62,614 bases of DNA from Candidatus Sabulitectum sp. (GCA_029938555.1 JAOZUR010000009.1:1-62614), one strand, 5' to 3'. Counted from the stretch's first letter, positions 37,028 to 47,194 are shown. Notes: a model not told the origin generated them from the letters alone. Translations and numbers: made by a program.

Positions 37028-38278
37028 GTGAAGGTTATTCTGGCAGGTTACAATACAGATACTGAAAACAATTCAACAACACCGGAAACTATTTCTGCTG
37101 CGTATGCCAGAATAAGTCGTGACCCAGCTCCAATAACTGAACTTAGAAAGCAATCAGCTTCAGAGCTGGAACAGGCAAGAAAATCAAATAAAACTATTGT
37201 TTATAAATATGGACACGGCTCCATAGCTGAACATGCAGTTTTCAATTTTGATATTTTGGGAATATCAAGACTTGCAGCTGAAGCCATTCAATCATTCCGC
37301 CTTATCAGTTTTACAGAGAAATCACAGAGATACATCCGTATAGGAGAAGACTGGGTTCTACCACAAGAATTGAAACAGTATTCTTCTATACTCAGCGGTT
37401 TGTTTCAGAGTTATGAAGTTATTCTTTCAGCTCTGCTTAAGTCTGGTCTTTCTAAAACAGAGGCCAGGGAAGATGCCAGATATATACTTCCATTGGCAAC
37501 CACTACACAGATGGGCATGACTGTAAATGCAAGAGAGTTAGAGCATATTATCAGAAGAATGAAAGCCCATCCTTTAAAAGAGGTTTGTGACCTCGCTGAA
37601 GCTCTTTATCAGGCAGTTCTTCCCATAACTCCTTCTCTTATGCTTTTTACAGAACCTACAGAGATGGATAGAATTGCACATCTTCAACCAGCCCCTGTAA
37701 TGATAGCAGAAGAGGTGTCATTATTGAGCTGTGATTCGGATATCAGAATTGAAGAAATGCTTACTGAAATATTTGGGACACCCGATTTCAGCAGAATATA
37801 TAATCATCTTGGGATCCATGATGCTCTGCCACGACTCTGGGAGATGTTCAGGGCTGACTTTCGCCTAACAATGTCAGCAACAGCTTACGCCCAGATGAAA
37901 AGACACAGAATGAGTACTCAGTTAATATCTGTTTACGATCCTAAACTTGGGGTAACTGTGCCACCAAACATCAAAAAAGTAGGGTTAGAAGACTTTTTTG
38001 TGGATGAGTGTCTAAAGTCTTCAAACTGTGTTTCTGGCCAAGGTCGTATAGGTGAGTATCTTTTTACAAATGCTCATCGTCGTCAGATTCGACTTTGTAT
38101 TAATGGAAGAGAATTTAATCATTTCATTCGGTTACGAGATGATGACCATGCGCAATGGGACATTAGGAAAATAGCCGCAGACATGATTATCAAAGTCAGG
38201 GAAAAAGCCCCAATGACTGTAAAAATGACCTGCGGCAAATCTCACTGGCAGGAGGTTACCGGAAAGCTTGCTCAATAA
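37028..38278 (+). CDS. thyX: FAD-dependent thymidylate synthase ThyX-like protein, apparent tandem (two-module) form
   Basis: Module 1 has YGHGSIAEHAVFNFDILGISR...SFRLISFTEKSQRY...NARELEHIIRRM. Module 2 has YAQMKRHRMSTQ...NGREFNHFIRLRDDDHAQWDIRKIA. I prefer GTG 37028 with AAGGAG 6 nt upstream over the ORF-track start at 36929, which lies inside the GH84 gene. Confidence 0.7.
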   Translation: MKVILAGYNTDTENNSTTPETISAAYARISRDPAPITELRKQSASELEQARKSNKTIVYKYGHGSIAEHAVFNFDILGISRLAAEAIQSFRLISFTEKSQRYIRIGEDWVLPQELKQYSSILSGLFQSYEVILSALLKSGLSKTEAREDARYILPLATTTQMGMTVNARELEHIIRRMKAHPLKEVCDLAEALYQAVLPITPSLMLFTEPTEMDRIAHLQPAPVMIAEEVSLLSCDSDIRIEEMLTEIFGTPDFSRIYNHLGIHDALPRLWEMFRADFRLTMSATAYAQMKRHRMSTQLISVYDPKLGVTVPPNIKKVGLEDFFVDECLKSSNCVSGQGRIGEYLFTNAHRRQIRLCINGREFNHFIRLRDDDHAQWDIRKIAADMIIKVREKAPMTVKMTCGKSHWQEVTGKLAQ

Positions 38279-41090
38279 ATCGAGGTCGACCTAGTTTGCT
38301 TCCCTGGTATCGAGGGGTAATTCTAAGCAGTATTGTTCCTCTGTCACCCATAATATCAGTTCCATGGTGCCATGTAAAAGTATTACTGTAGGAATGAGGA
38401 TTCAGTCCGATAGCATTTCCTGATACTGTTGCCTGCCTCCAGCTTTCGCCACCGTTTGAACTATAGTCGATAACAAGATCAATTGTTCTATTATCACGAT
38501 CACCTATTTCAAAAGCGATTTCTGTTTCACTTCGTAGATGATTTATCTCTGCAATTGTAGCTCTAAGAATCTCTGGAATATTTGTGTTCTCAAGTGTAAT
38601 AGGACCAATTACTTCAGATCGAACAGAATCTCCGTCTGTAGCAATAAGTCTTATATCCACATCCATTCGAGATACTTCAGGAAGATCCACAGAACTGTTC
38701 CAGTTGAGCATTGTATTGTATCGAGTGTATCCGAAAGGACCTTTACTTACCAATCCTTTTGCAAGTATCCATGTATCATCTATACCATGAAGTCTGTATT
38801 CCAGATTCAAAGTGATATCATCGTTTTCAAAATCAGTGAGGGTGAAATTTATTGGAACTAAACCGCGGAACACATCATAAACCGATGGGGAAGAAATTCT
38901 TGCAGTAGGTTGTAAATTATTATCAAGGTGGAATGGTGCAGATGGTACTGCAATTCCAGAGTTCATATCTGACGGAAGAGCCTGTAATCTTACTTGGTAT
39001 CCATCGTAGCCTGGTAGGTCAGTTGAGGATTCCCAAGTGATCTCAAAATCATATCTGCCAATTCCAGCCTGTTCTGCCTCGATAACAGTTGCAGGAAGCC
39101 ACTGGTAACCACCATCAGTACTGTATTGATATGCAACATCTAGCATATTCTGATCGGGATCACTAAGCCTGACTCCTAATACAACTCTCCCTTGAACTTC
39201 AGAGCTTGGGGCAATGATTTGCGCACTTGGAAGACGGTCAGTATCAATATGCAATCCATCAATGAAATACCAAGCCCCTGGGTCGGCATCGGCGGCTCTT
39301 ATTCTTATTTTTATATCATCAGTATCAACATGACCAATATCATTTACTGCGTTCCAGGTCACAGGCTCGCCATAAAACCACGGTTCTATTTCAATACTGC
39401 TACCGCTTAGGTGCATTGTCTGCCAGGTATTTCCATTATCAATAGAAAACTGAGCCTGGAGCTGAATAGTATCACCTTCGCGATCTTCAACCGCATAACC
39501 CAACTGGAATCTGGAGTCATCAATCTTAACTGGGGAATCCAGAAGAATTTCTGGAGGGCGGTTATTGTCTATATGCAAAATACCTGAAATCCCACTCTCG
39601 CCAGGTCCGAAATCACAATAAGGGGTGATTCGAATAAGACATCTTCGCTCGTCTCTTGAAGGTAAATCTTGCTCAGAGTTCCATGTAATTGATCCAAACC
39701 GTTCTGTGAAATTTCTGGTTTCAGTCCAACTGTAACCTGCATCAGTTGAGTAGCTGACAGAAATACCTGTCCATTCTGGAATATTAACTGTGTAAGAAAT
39801 AGAAATAGGTCCACTGAATTCCCCGGTAAGCTGCTGAACTTCTGCAACTGGCAGAAAATTAGAACCATAACATCCAGAGTTAAACTGGTCACCTTCTGGT
39901 AACGACCAAGTACATTGTGTAGAAGAAGAAGAAGACAATGAATAGACAGAAACACGTCCTCCTGTACCAGTGACAATTAGTTCCATAGTTCCATCACCGT
40001 TCATATCACCAGCTATGGGTGAATAAACAATAGAGGTAGAATTTTGGAAAGGGAATCCATTTACTTTTCGACCATTTGCATCCCATGCGTGAATAGTTCC
40101 GTTACTAGAAGTAGTTATGACAGAAGGTCCATTAATTGTAGGAGCAATTATTGGTTGGAAAGGTCTTGCGTCTATTTTATTAGGCCAGCGCCAGGTACCT
40201 GCTAAAGATCCATCACCATTTAATAGATAAATTGTGCTGTCAATGGATGCCACGGCAATTTGAGGGTTTTGAAGCCCAAAATCTACAAGACCAATTGCAG
40301 TAGTTCCCGAAACAGGACGATCATCCATAAAAAATGGCCAGCCTTCTTGTTCTTCACCAAGCAGACTGTAAAGATGAATTTTTCCATCTTGGCCTGCAAA
40401 AAGAATATCAGATTGCCCATCTCCATTGATATCACCTGAGACAGGTGCAGTGCCTGTTGGAAATCCCATTACTTTTGGCCAACCGGGAATATGTAGGCCG
40501 TCAAACCCTAATATGGTGATTTTACTGTTATTTGTGGCGCAAACAAGCCCATCATCAAATCCGCCTCCAAGGGTAATACGGCTAGGCTGAAATTGTAATT
40601 GAGATTGCAGGTCAACAGGGAATCCTTGAATAGATATGCCTCTTGTATTTAATAGATGAATTTTACCATCGCTGGTGCCATAAGCCATTTCATACAAACC
40701 GTCGTCATTTAAATCAACTGTAGTTATTCCAGTAATTATGTTAGATCTAGTATCTACAGGCCAACCGAAAACCTCATTACCATTAAAATCGATCAAGTGT
40801 AAAAAACCATCTGTATCTGCATAGGCAATCAGCATTTCCCCTGTTGACCCAGGTACTGCTACTGGTCTCCAAACCACTCCAGTGCCCTTTGACACAGGAA
40901 ATCCTTCAAGTGGAATGCCGCCACTGCTCCACGCGCCTAATCCACCGGTCCCCAAGGGTAAAAATAGTATTTGTTCAGATGGACCATTTGAGATCAGCTG
41001 CGCTTCGCCTCGTGGCATTGCTTCTAGATGAAGCTCCCATAAAGGCAAAATACTCAAAAATGTTGACAGCACTAAAGTAAAAACATTCAT
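38256..41090 (-). CDS. Large secreted FG-GAP/VCBS beta-propeller protein with five C-terminal Asp-box-containing modules
   Basis: Signal peptide MNVFTLVLSTFLSILPLW, using the ATG at 41090. FG-GAP-like strings are DLNDDGLYEMAYGTSDGKIHLL, GDINGDGQSDILFAGQDGKIHLY and GDMNGDGTMELIVTGTGGRVSVY. Five modules of about 105 aa each carry S-x-D-x-G-x-x-W (STDAGYSW, SIDNGNTW, STDGGYQW, SSNGGESW and one degenerate copy). Confidence 0.7.
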   Translation of the reverse strand: MNVFTLVLSTFLSILPLWELHLEAMPRGEAQLISNGPSEQILFLPLGTGGLGAWSSGGIPLEGFPVSKGTGVVWRPVAVPGSTGEMLIAYADTDGFLHLIDFNGNEVFGWPVDTRSNIITGITTVDLNDDGLYEMAYGTSDGKIHLLNTRGISIQGFPVDLQSQLQFQPSRITLGGGFDDGLVCATNNSKITILGFDGLHIPGWPKVMGFPTGTAPVSGDINGDGQSDILFAGQDGKIHLYSLLGEEQEGWPFFMDDRPVSGTTAIGLVDFGLQNPQIAVASIDSTIYLLNGDGSLAGTWRWPNKIDARPFQPIIAPTINGPSVITTSSNGTIHAWDANGRKVNGFPFQNSTSIVYSPIAGDMNGDGTMELIVTGTGGRVSVYSLSSSSSTQCTWSLPEGDQFNSGCYGSNFLPVAEVQQLTGEFSGPISISYTVNIPEWTGISVSYSTDAGYSWTETRNFTERFGSITWNSEQDLPSRDERRCLIRITPYCDFGPGESGISGILHIDNNRPPEILLDSPVKIDDSRFQLGYAVEDREGDTIQLQAQFSIDNGNTWQTMHLSGSSIEIEPWFYGEPVTWNAVNDIGHVDTDDIKIRIRAADADPGAWYFIDGLHIDTDRLPSAQIIAPSSEVQGRVVLGVRLSDPDQNMLDVAYQYSTDGGYQWLPATVIEAEQAGIGRYDFEITWESSTDLPGYDGYQVRLQALPSDMNSGIAVPSAPFHLDNNLQPTARISSPSVYDVFRGLVPINFTLTDFENDDITLNLEYRLHGIDDTWILAKGLVSKGPFGYTRYNTMLNWNSSVDLPEVSRMDVDIRLIATDGDSVRSEVIGPITLENTNIPEILRATIAEINHLRSETEIAFEIGDRDNRTIDLVIDYSSNGGESWRQATVSGNAIGLNPHSYSNTFTWHHGTDIMGDRGTILLRITPRYQGSKLGRPRFIEQAFR

Positions 41091-41575
41091 TTGATAAACT
41101 CCCAGTATATAATGAAAAATATTTATAGCTAGAAAATAATTCCATAAACCATTAAGGTCAAGCTTGGGTAATTGTGTTACAACGGCTATGATAAGAAACC
41201 CAGATAAGATAAAATATTTATGAAATGAATGTATACACAAGATAATATTGTTAAGAAAGTGTAAAAACAATAAATATTTAAAAGTTGAGTTTTTGAGGTC
41301 CCGTAGTTCAAGTGCTGATAATTATGATGAGTTATTGATAGGTTTAGCAATAATATTTAAATCATCATGAAATTATGTACATAAATCTACAAATAAGCAA
41401 TTCAAAGTAGAAAAGCATTAAATGCGTCAAAATCAAAAGAAACTGAATATAAATTCATACAAATGGAAAAAGTGTAATTTATTGTATAACTGTGATTTAG
41501 AAAGTTCAACTGAATTTAACAATATAATAGTATGGTACCGTGATTTATTGAAGTTATATTTGCATTTGATACAGC

Positions 41576-41604
41576 TTGACCATGAGACTATGAAGTGTGA
41601 TATT
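41576..41604 (+). promoter_or_regulatory. Candidate sigma-70 promoter of the TPR/ExbBD/TonB-like operon
   Basis: TTGACC (41576-41581), a 17-nt spacer, then GATATT (41599-41604). It lies inside a ~575-bp AT-rich non-coding region. Confidence 0.3.
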
Positions 41605-41666
41605 ACAGATAATAAAAAATTATGTTAGTTTAACTTTCGGACTTTTAGGGATTGAGAGGTTTTTAT

Positions 41667-42647
41667 ATGCGTTTTGTTTTTGTTGCTTTGCTAGCAGCTG
41701 TTTCTAGCGTTTTTGCAGGGTCACTTCCTTATGCTTATGGTGATGTTGTGAATGCACCGGATGCGTATGTTCTTGAGCATACAGAGGTTGAAGTTGGGTT
41801 AGCAGCTAGTGCCTTTTCTTTTGAAGACTCTCTTGGCGTTTCTGACAGTGATGTTAAATTAACTGGATACCTGAACTTAGGTATTTTAAGTTATGGTCAG
41901 CTGGGTGTATCATATCTTGCAGATGGCGGTATTGTGATAAATGCAAAAGTAGCAATACTAAAAGAAGGTATTGCGGTTCCAGCATTCTCGCTAGGCTTGC
42001 AGAATGGAATTGGGCTGAAAAATGTAGACTGTTTCTCGGGTACGGCAGGATCACCAGATTCAACTGGTTCATTTGCAGAAGGTTGGGATGAAGACGGAAT
42101 GTACGGTTACGGTCATTCTCAGAACTGGTCGGTTTATGGAGTTGGGTCTAAAGATATGCGTTATCTTTTAGGCATTCCAGTAACGGTAAATCTAGGCATT
42201 GGAATTGGTCGTTTTGTGGGTACTGTTGATAATGGCGGTGCTTTAGGAATCGGTAGCTCTATTGCTAATGGATTGTTTGGTTCCATGGTTTGGCAGCCAG
42301 GGGAAGACTTTTCTGTAGCGTTTGAAATGGATGGGCGTGATCTTAATCTTGGAATGAATTATGCCGTTGCAAAACACGTAGATCTGCATCTTGCATGGGG
42401 TGAATTAGAGCAGACAGTTTTTGCTTCAGAAAATCAAAACAAACAGGATGTTATGCAGAATTCTAAAGTAACAGTTGCAATTTCTTCACAATTCGGACCA
42501 TTGCTTGGCGCTGGTAGGCTTGAACTTGAAAGAGAGCAACAGCGTATAGAGCGGGCAAGAACTAGACTTGACGAGTTAGAAGCACGGCGTCGTTCTGCTG
42601 AATCAGAGCTGCAGAGGCTTCGTGATCTTCTTGACGAGAACAGGTAG
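41667..42647 (+). CDS. Secreted beta-rich protein (possible outer-membrane beta-barrel) with a C-terminal charged coiled coil
   Basis: Signal peptide MRFVFVALLAAVSSVFA. Alternating Gly/hydrophobic strands include VEVGLAASAFSF, GYLNLGILSYGQLGVSY and FSVAFEMDGRDLNLGMNY. The C-terminus is LELEREQQRIERARTRLDELEARRRSAESELQRLRDLLDENR. I prefer ATG 41667 with a GAGAGG RBS over TTG 41652. Confidence 0.5.
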   Translation: MRFVFVALLAAVSSVFAGSLPYAYGDVVNAPDAYVLEHTEVEVGLAASAFSFEDSLGVSDSDVKLTGYLNLGILSYGQLGVSYLADGGIVINAKVAILKEGIAVPAFSLGLQNGIGLKNVDCFSGTAGSPDSTGSFAEGWDEDGMYGYGHSQNWSVYGVGSKDMRYLLGIPVTVNLGIGIGRFVGTVDNGGALGIGSSIANGLFGSMVWQPGEDFSVAFEMDGRDLNLGMNYAVAKHVDLHLAWGELEQTVFASENQNKQDVMQNSKVTVAISSQFGPLLGAGRLELEREQQRIERARTRLDELEARRRSAESELQRLRDLLDENR

Positions 42648-42655
42648 GCTCAGTT

Positions 42656-45600
42656 ATGCGGATTTGTAAATCATCTAATCTTATCGTATTGCTTCTTCTG
42701 GTTTGTTTTATATCTGTTCACGCCCAAACCCCAGAAATAGAAACTGAGGTCAATGAAGAAATCAGTATAATCCTTAGAAGGGCACAGGAAGAGCTTGGAA
42801 CTTTAGAAACTCAGATAATGAGGGAAGAGGAAAGGCTTGCAAGGATAGAAGCTGAATTGATTCAACTTCGCAGGCAGCGTTCCATTTTATTTAGCGCACA
42901 GTCAGCATTTGAACTTGGCGAAGAACTTTATTCCACAGGTTCTATTGTTTGGGCAAGAGATGCTTTTGTTTCAGTAGTAGAAAATTTTTCAGACTCTGAC
43001 TATTACGATGCTGCACTGTTCAGACTTGAATTGATTTCTTTTGAGTTACAAAATTATGAAAATACAGTTACTTATTTCAATGAACTAAGAGCGGTTTCAC
43101 CTGGTTTTGAATATGCGGACATTTCTGTAATTGTTGGCGGTCTTGCTAAGTATCATATGGGTGAATTTGAAGAATCTCGTACAACACTTCAGCAGATTGC
43201 TGCTTCTAGCGAGCAGTCTTCACTTGCAGCGTATCTTATTGCTGTTACTTATGTTGCTCAGGATAATACACATGCAGCTATAACTGAATTACAAAAAGTA
43301 ATAGATAATGCAAGTAGAAGTGAAACTGGAATTGCTGACCGAGCAAGAATAGCTATTGCCCAGATTTATGTTGATGAAGAAGACCTAGATCGAGCAGTTG
43401 ATGAGTACCGAAGAGTTTCTCCTTTCAGTGCTTATTATGATGTTGCAATGCTCGGCCTTACTTGGACATATATGCGTCAGGAAGAATACCAGGATGCATA
43501 TAATCTTGCAGAAAAAGTTCTAGATGAAATTCCAGGAACCGAGTTGTTCAGTGAATTTGAATTAGCCATGGCAAATTGTGCCCTTGGTGCTCAGGATATT
43601 GATATCGCTATTACTATGTATAGGCAACTTATGTCTGACTATGGGGCAGGTGATAATTTATACGATACTTTCCGATCAGGAGAGGATGTAGAAAATCAAT
43701 ATGATTCTGAACGTGAGCGGCTTGATAGAATACGATTAGGACTTACTGAGTTAAAAGAAGAAGCTTATATGCAGGGCGATATGGAGCTTGTTGCTCTTAT
43801 CGAAGCGGAAGAAGCTTCTCTTCGTTCTCTTTTTGTTGATATTTCTGGATTTGAAGCAACCCTTTCTATGCCGGTGGGTATGGATTCTGAAACTATGCAA
43901 CAGCAGATGAATAATCTCATTTCAGCTTCTCGTGCAAGTTCTGAGCGATTGGCACTTGAAATAGAAAATACTCAGACTGTTGCTGATAATGCAGGTAGTG
44001 AAGCAGACAGGCAAGATCTGTTGCTTCTGGAAGCAGAGGTATCTAGAATTCGTCTTGCACTGCAGGATCTTGCCAGTAAAATGGACTCAGGTATGGCAGC
44101 TGATCATGATTGGATGCAGGAAACTCAGTATGGAATAGCAATAGCGACTTTTATTGAAAGAGAGCTAAAGAGAGATTCTTTAACTTATCTAGGTGCGTAT
44201 TACAATGCCAGAATTGCTGCACTCTATGTCGAGGGAGATACAGTTCGCGCGGAAGCACTTAGTACACTCAGGCGTGAGGAAACTAGTGCCCTTGGACGAA
44301 GGATTGATGAATCTGGTATAGCGTGTGCCACTTATTTCGAAGAATACCTTGCTCATTATCCCGAGAGCAGATTCACTGCTGATATTTATGTAAGACTTGC
44401 TCAGCTTTATTATGAGATAGATAAAAACACTCTGATTGATCTCCGAGAGTTAGCCGGCGGACAAGATTATATTCCTGCAGATTACTCTCGTACTATTAAC
44501 CTTTACCAAAGGGTTTTGAATCAGTATCCCAATAGTGAAGTAGAAGATATAGCGTTGTATTCTTTAGGATATGCTCTTAATGAAATGGGTGATCCTGATG
44601 GCTCAGTTGCCAGCTACAGACGACTTCTTGCTGAATTCCCAAACAGTTTACTGGCTCCGGAAACATACCTAAGAACCGGTGATTTTTACTTCGAAGCTTT
44701 TCAATACGATAGTGCTTATTTCTTTTACAACCAGATTCTTGATTATCCTGAATCCAATTCGACCCACTATCAATTTGGCATCTACAAACTCGGATGGACT
44801 GCCTATTTAATCAATGAGTACGAACACTCGATAGCTCTTTTCGGTTATCTTATACGAGACAGTCAAAGAATGGATGATCTAGGCCTTACGCGTATGACTG
44901 ATATGGTGTCTGAGGCTGTTGAATATCTTGCACATGATTTTATGGAACAAAATATTGGGCCACCTGTTTTATTAGCTACGAATTTTCTTGATGCTTTTGG
45001 GAACGAACAAGTATCTATTGATGTTCTTACTCAGATGGGTGATTCATATATTGAACAGGCTTACTGGCTTGAGTCCATTGAGGCTTATCAGGCTCTGCTT
45101 CAAAGAGATCCTTTTAATCAAATCGCACCGTTTATACAATCTCGAATTGCCGTTGCATACGAAGGTGTGGGCGATTATGCCAGTGCCACCCTTGCTCGCG
45201 AGCAACTCGTTGAGCGCTACGGCGCGCAAAGTGAATGGGCAACCATGTCTGGGGATTCAAGTCTATTTGCAGAAGTTGATTCTATTAGGGCTTCAGCGCT
45301 TGAAACTTCAATTGGGTATTACGGAGGTTTAATAGAAGCAGCTGGTGATGATACGCAACTGGCAGCTCAGAGTTATAGTGTTCTTATAGAAAAAATAGAA
45401 CTATATCTTGACGAGTATAGCGATTCAAGACAAGCATACGACTTACGCTTTCTATTAGGTGATTCTTATTACAATACAGGTAATCTCATGAAAGCTGGTG
45501 ATGTATACCTGCAGGTCGTGTATGACAGCACTTCGGCTCAGAGTAGGGAAAGTGCTGTAGGTAATGCGTTCAGTGCATATGGACAGGCTTATGACCAGGT

Positions 45601-47194
45601 TGGCTCTGACAGTCTTTTCCTCAGGGAGAAAATGCATGAGATAAGTACTTACTACGCAGACAATTTCCCATCAGGTGATTTTGTCGCACAGTTCTTGTTC
45701 AATGATGCTGGAAGTCATTATAATGCAGAGGATTATGCCACGGCAAGAGTTTCATATACTAGAATTTATAATGAATACCCCAGTTCCGAATATACAGCTC
45801 GCTCTGCTCGTTTCCTTGCTTCTGCATACGAAGCTGAGCAACAGTTCTCTGACGCAGAGCTATGGTATGGTCGTGCTGCCGATGTGGCAGCTGTTACAGG
45901 CGAAGAGTTGGATGGTGATATGTTAGCACTTGCTGCCGCAGTTTCTTACATGGATGCAGACGCACTTGCTCAGTCCGAAGACCCAGCTGCTCTAATTATA
46001 GCAGCAGCCAGATTTGAGGAATCAGCAAAAGCACACCCAGGTACTGAAGTGGCTCCAATATCATTCTATGATGCAGGAGAAACGTATGCAAAAGCAGGGG
46101 ATATAACTAATGCTATTAGAGTATTTACAGAACTTGCTAATACTTATCCGGAAACCCCACAGGCTCCTGAGGGTCTCATGCGTGCAGCGTTCCTAGCAAG
46201 AGAATCAGAACACTTTATTTTGGCAGGTGATACATATTTAGAAGCATATACCCGGTTCCCAAGTGCTGAAAATATGCATACTGCTTTATATAGTGCTGCA
46301 GTATCTTATGAAGATGGTGGCGCTGAAGGTTTGGCAATCGGAGTTTATAACAGGATCATTGATGAACAAGCAGCTTCTCCTGAAACCATGGTTACTGCAC
46401 TTCAAAAAACAGGAGATTATCTTTATAACTCTGGTGACTTCTTCGGAGCAAGAGAAAGGTATACAGCGTGTGTTGAAACTTTTGACATGTACCGAGAAGG
46501 TCCAGCCATTAATGCGGCAAAAAGCGCATTTCGTATTGGTGAAATAATTAGAAAATCTTTCGATGCAATGGTAGTAACAATGGATAATGTTGCTGAAAAA
46601 ACTCAGCTCAAAGGTGAGGTTGAATCTTGGTACGGACAATCTTTAGGTTATAATGTAGATGTATGGTTTATGGCATCGTGCGCAAGGGCAGGCGAATTAT
46701 ACGAGGACTATGCAAATTCAGTTTCTAATATGGATCCACCAGCAGGGATGTCTGATGAAGCAATGGATGAATTTTACAATACATTGTATTTCCAGGTTTA
46801 TGAACCAGAGATTCAGAAGGCTATTAACATTTATGTAATGGCGGTGGAAAAAGCTGTTTCTGCCAATGTAAGAAACGAATGGGTAACAGTTTCCGCAGAC
46901 AATCTTGAATTGCTTGCCCCTGGCATGGTTTCTACACTTGGTTTGCCTGGTTATGAAATTGAAGTATTTGTACCCGACCCCATTGTTGAAGCTGGTTCTG
47001 ATGGAACTGTAACTCAGGAAGATTCTGGTGAGCAATCATCACAAGATCCAGTAGTTGATGAGGCTAATACAGTTACAGAAGAGGAGCCCATAGTTGATGA
47101 AACCAATACAGTTACAGAAGAAGAGCCCATAGTTGATGAAACCAATACTGTTACAGAAGAAGATCCTGTAATTCCAGGGGAGGGTGGTCAGTGA
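42656..47194 (+). CDS. Giant (1512 aa) secreted/periplasmic TPR-repeat protein (BamD/CpoB-like TPR units)
   Basis: Signal peptide LIVLLLLVCFISVHA followed by an N-terminal coiled coil. A recurrent [FY]P-x-[ST]-x-...-A-x-[FY] unit appears as YPNSEVEDIALYSLGYA, FPNSLLAPETYLRTGDFY, YPSSEYTARSARFLASAY, YPETPQAPEGLMRAAF and FPSAENMHTALYSAAVSY. The tail is acidic and repetitive. Confidence 0.8.
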   Translation: MRICKSSNLIVLLLLVCFISVHAQTPEIETEVNEEISIILRRAQEELGTLETQIMREEERLARIEAELIQLRRQRSILFSAQSAFELGEELYSTGSIVWARDAFVSVVENFSDSDYYDAALFRLELISFELQNYENTVTYFNELRAVSPGFEYADISVIVGGLAKYHMGEFEESRTTLQQIAASSEQSSLAAYLIAVTYVAQDNTHAAITELQKVIDNASRSETGIADRARIAIAQIYVDEEDLDRAVDEYRRVSPFSAYYDVAMLGLTWTYMRQEEYQDAYNLAEKVLDEIPGTELFSEFELAMANCALGAQDIDIAITMYRQLMSDYGAGDNLYDTFRSGEDVENQYDSERERLDRIRLGLTELKEEAYMQGDMELVALIEAEEASLRSLFVDISGFEATLSMPVGMDSETMQQQMNNLISASRASSERLALEIENTQTVADNAGSEADRQDLLLLEAEVSRIRLALQDLASKMDSGMAADHDWMQETQYGIAIATFIERELKRDSLTYLGAYYNARIAALYVEGDTVRAEALSTLRREETSALGRRIDESGIACATYFEEYLAHYPESRFTADIYVRLAQLYYEIDKNTLIDLRELAGGQDYIPADYSRTINLYQRVLNQYPNSEVEDIALYSLGYALNEMGDPDGSVASYRRLLAEFPNSLLAPETYLRTGDFYFEAFQYDSAYFFYNQILDYPESNSTHYQFGIYKLGWTAYLINEYEHSIALFGYLIRDSQRMDDLGLTRMTDMVSEAVEYLAHDFMEQNIGPPVLLATNFLDAFGNEQVSIDVLTQMGDSYIEQAYWLESIEAYQALLQRDPFNQIAPFIQSRIAVAYEGVGDYASATLAREQLVERYGAQSEWATMSGDSSLFAEVDSIRASALETSIGYYGGLIEAAGDDTQLAAQSYSVLIEKIELYLDEYSDSRQAYDLRFLLGDSYYNTGNLMKAGDVYLQVVYDSTSAQSRESAVGNAFSAYGQAYDQVGSDSLFLREKMHEISTYYADNFPSGDFVAQFLFNDAGSHYNAEDYATARVSYTRIYNEYPSSEYTARSARFLASAYEAEQQFSDAELWYGRAADVAAVTGEELDGDMLALAAAVSYMDADALAQSEDPAALIIAAARFEESAKAHPGTEVAPISFYDAGETYAKAGDITNAIRVFTELANTYPETPQAPEGLMRAAFLARESEHFILAGDTYLEAYTRFPSAENMHTALYSAAVSYEDGGAEGLAIGVYNRIIDEQAASPETMVTALQKTGDYLYNSGDFFGARERYTACVETFDMYREGPAINAAKSAFRIGEIIRKSFDAMVVTMDNVAEKTQLKGEVESWYGQSLGYNVDVWFMASCARAGELYEDYANSVSNMDPPAGMSDEAMDEFYNTLYFQVYEPEIQKAINIYVMAVEKAVSANVRNEWVTVSADNLELLAPGMVSTLGLPGYEIEVFVPDPIVEAGSDGTVTQEDSGEQSSQDPVVDEANTVTEEEPIVDETNTVTEEEPIVDETNTVTEEDPVIPGEGGQ
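47051..47167 (+). repeat. Three tandem 39-bp in-frame repeats at the 3' end of the TPR gene
   Basis: Units at 47051-47089, 47090-47128 and 47129-47167 encode VVDEANTVTEEEP, IVDETNTVTEEEP and IVDETNTVTEEDP. Units 2 and 3 differ at only four nucleotide positions. Confidence 0.95.

Noticed and set aside
41531-41550. Possible sigma-54 promoter (TGGTAC-N5-TTTAT) in the AT-rich region.
   Set aside because: The -12 element lacks the conserved GC of TTGCW, and I see no enhancer-binding protein gene or upstream activator sites. The match is too weak.
41422-41628. 68-aa ORF in the AT-rich region upstream of the TPR/ExbBD operon.
   Set aside because: Its Lys/Asn/Ile-rich composition just reflects the AT-rich DNA. 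It has no RBS and overlaps the best promoter candidate, so it is more likely non-coding regulatory sequence.
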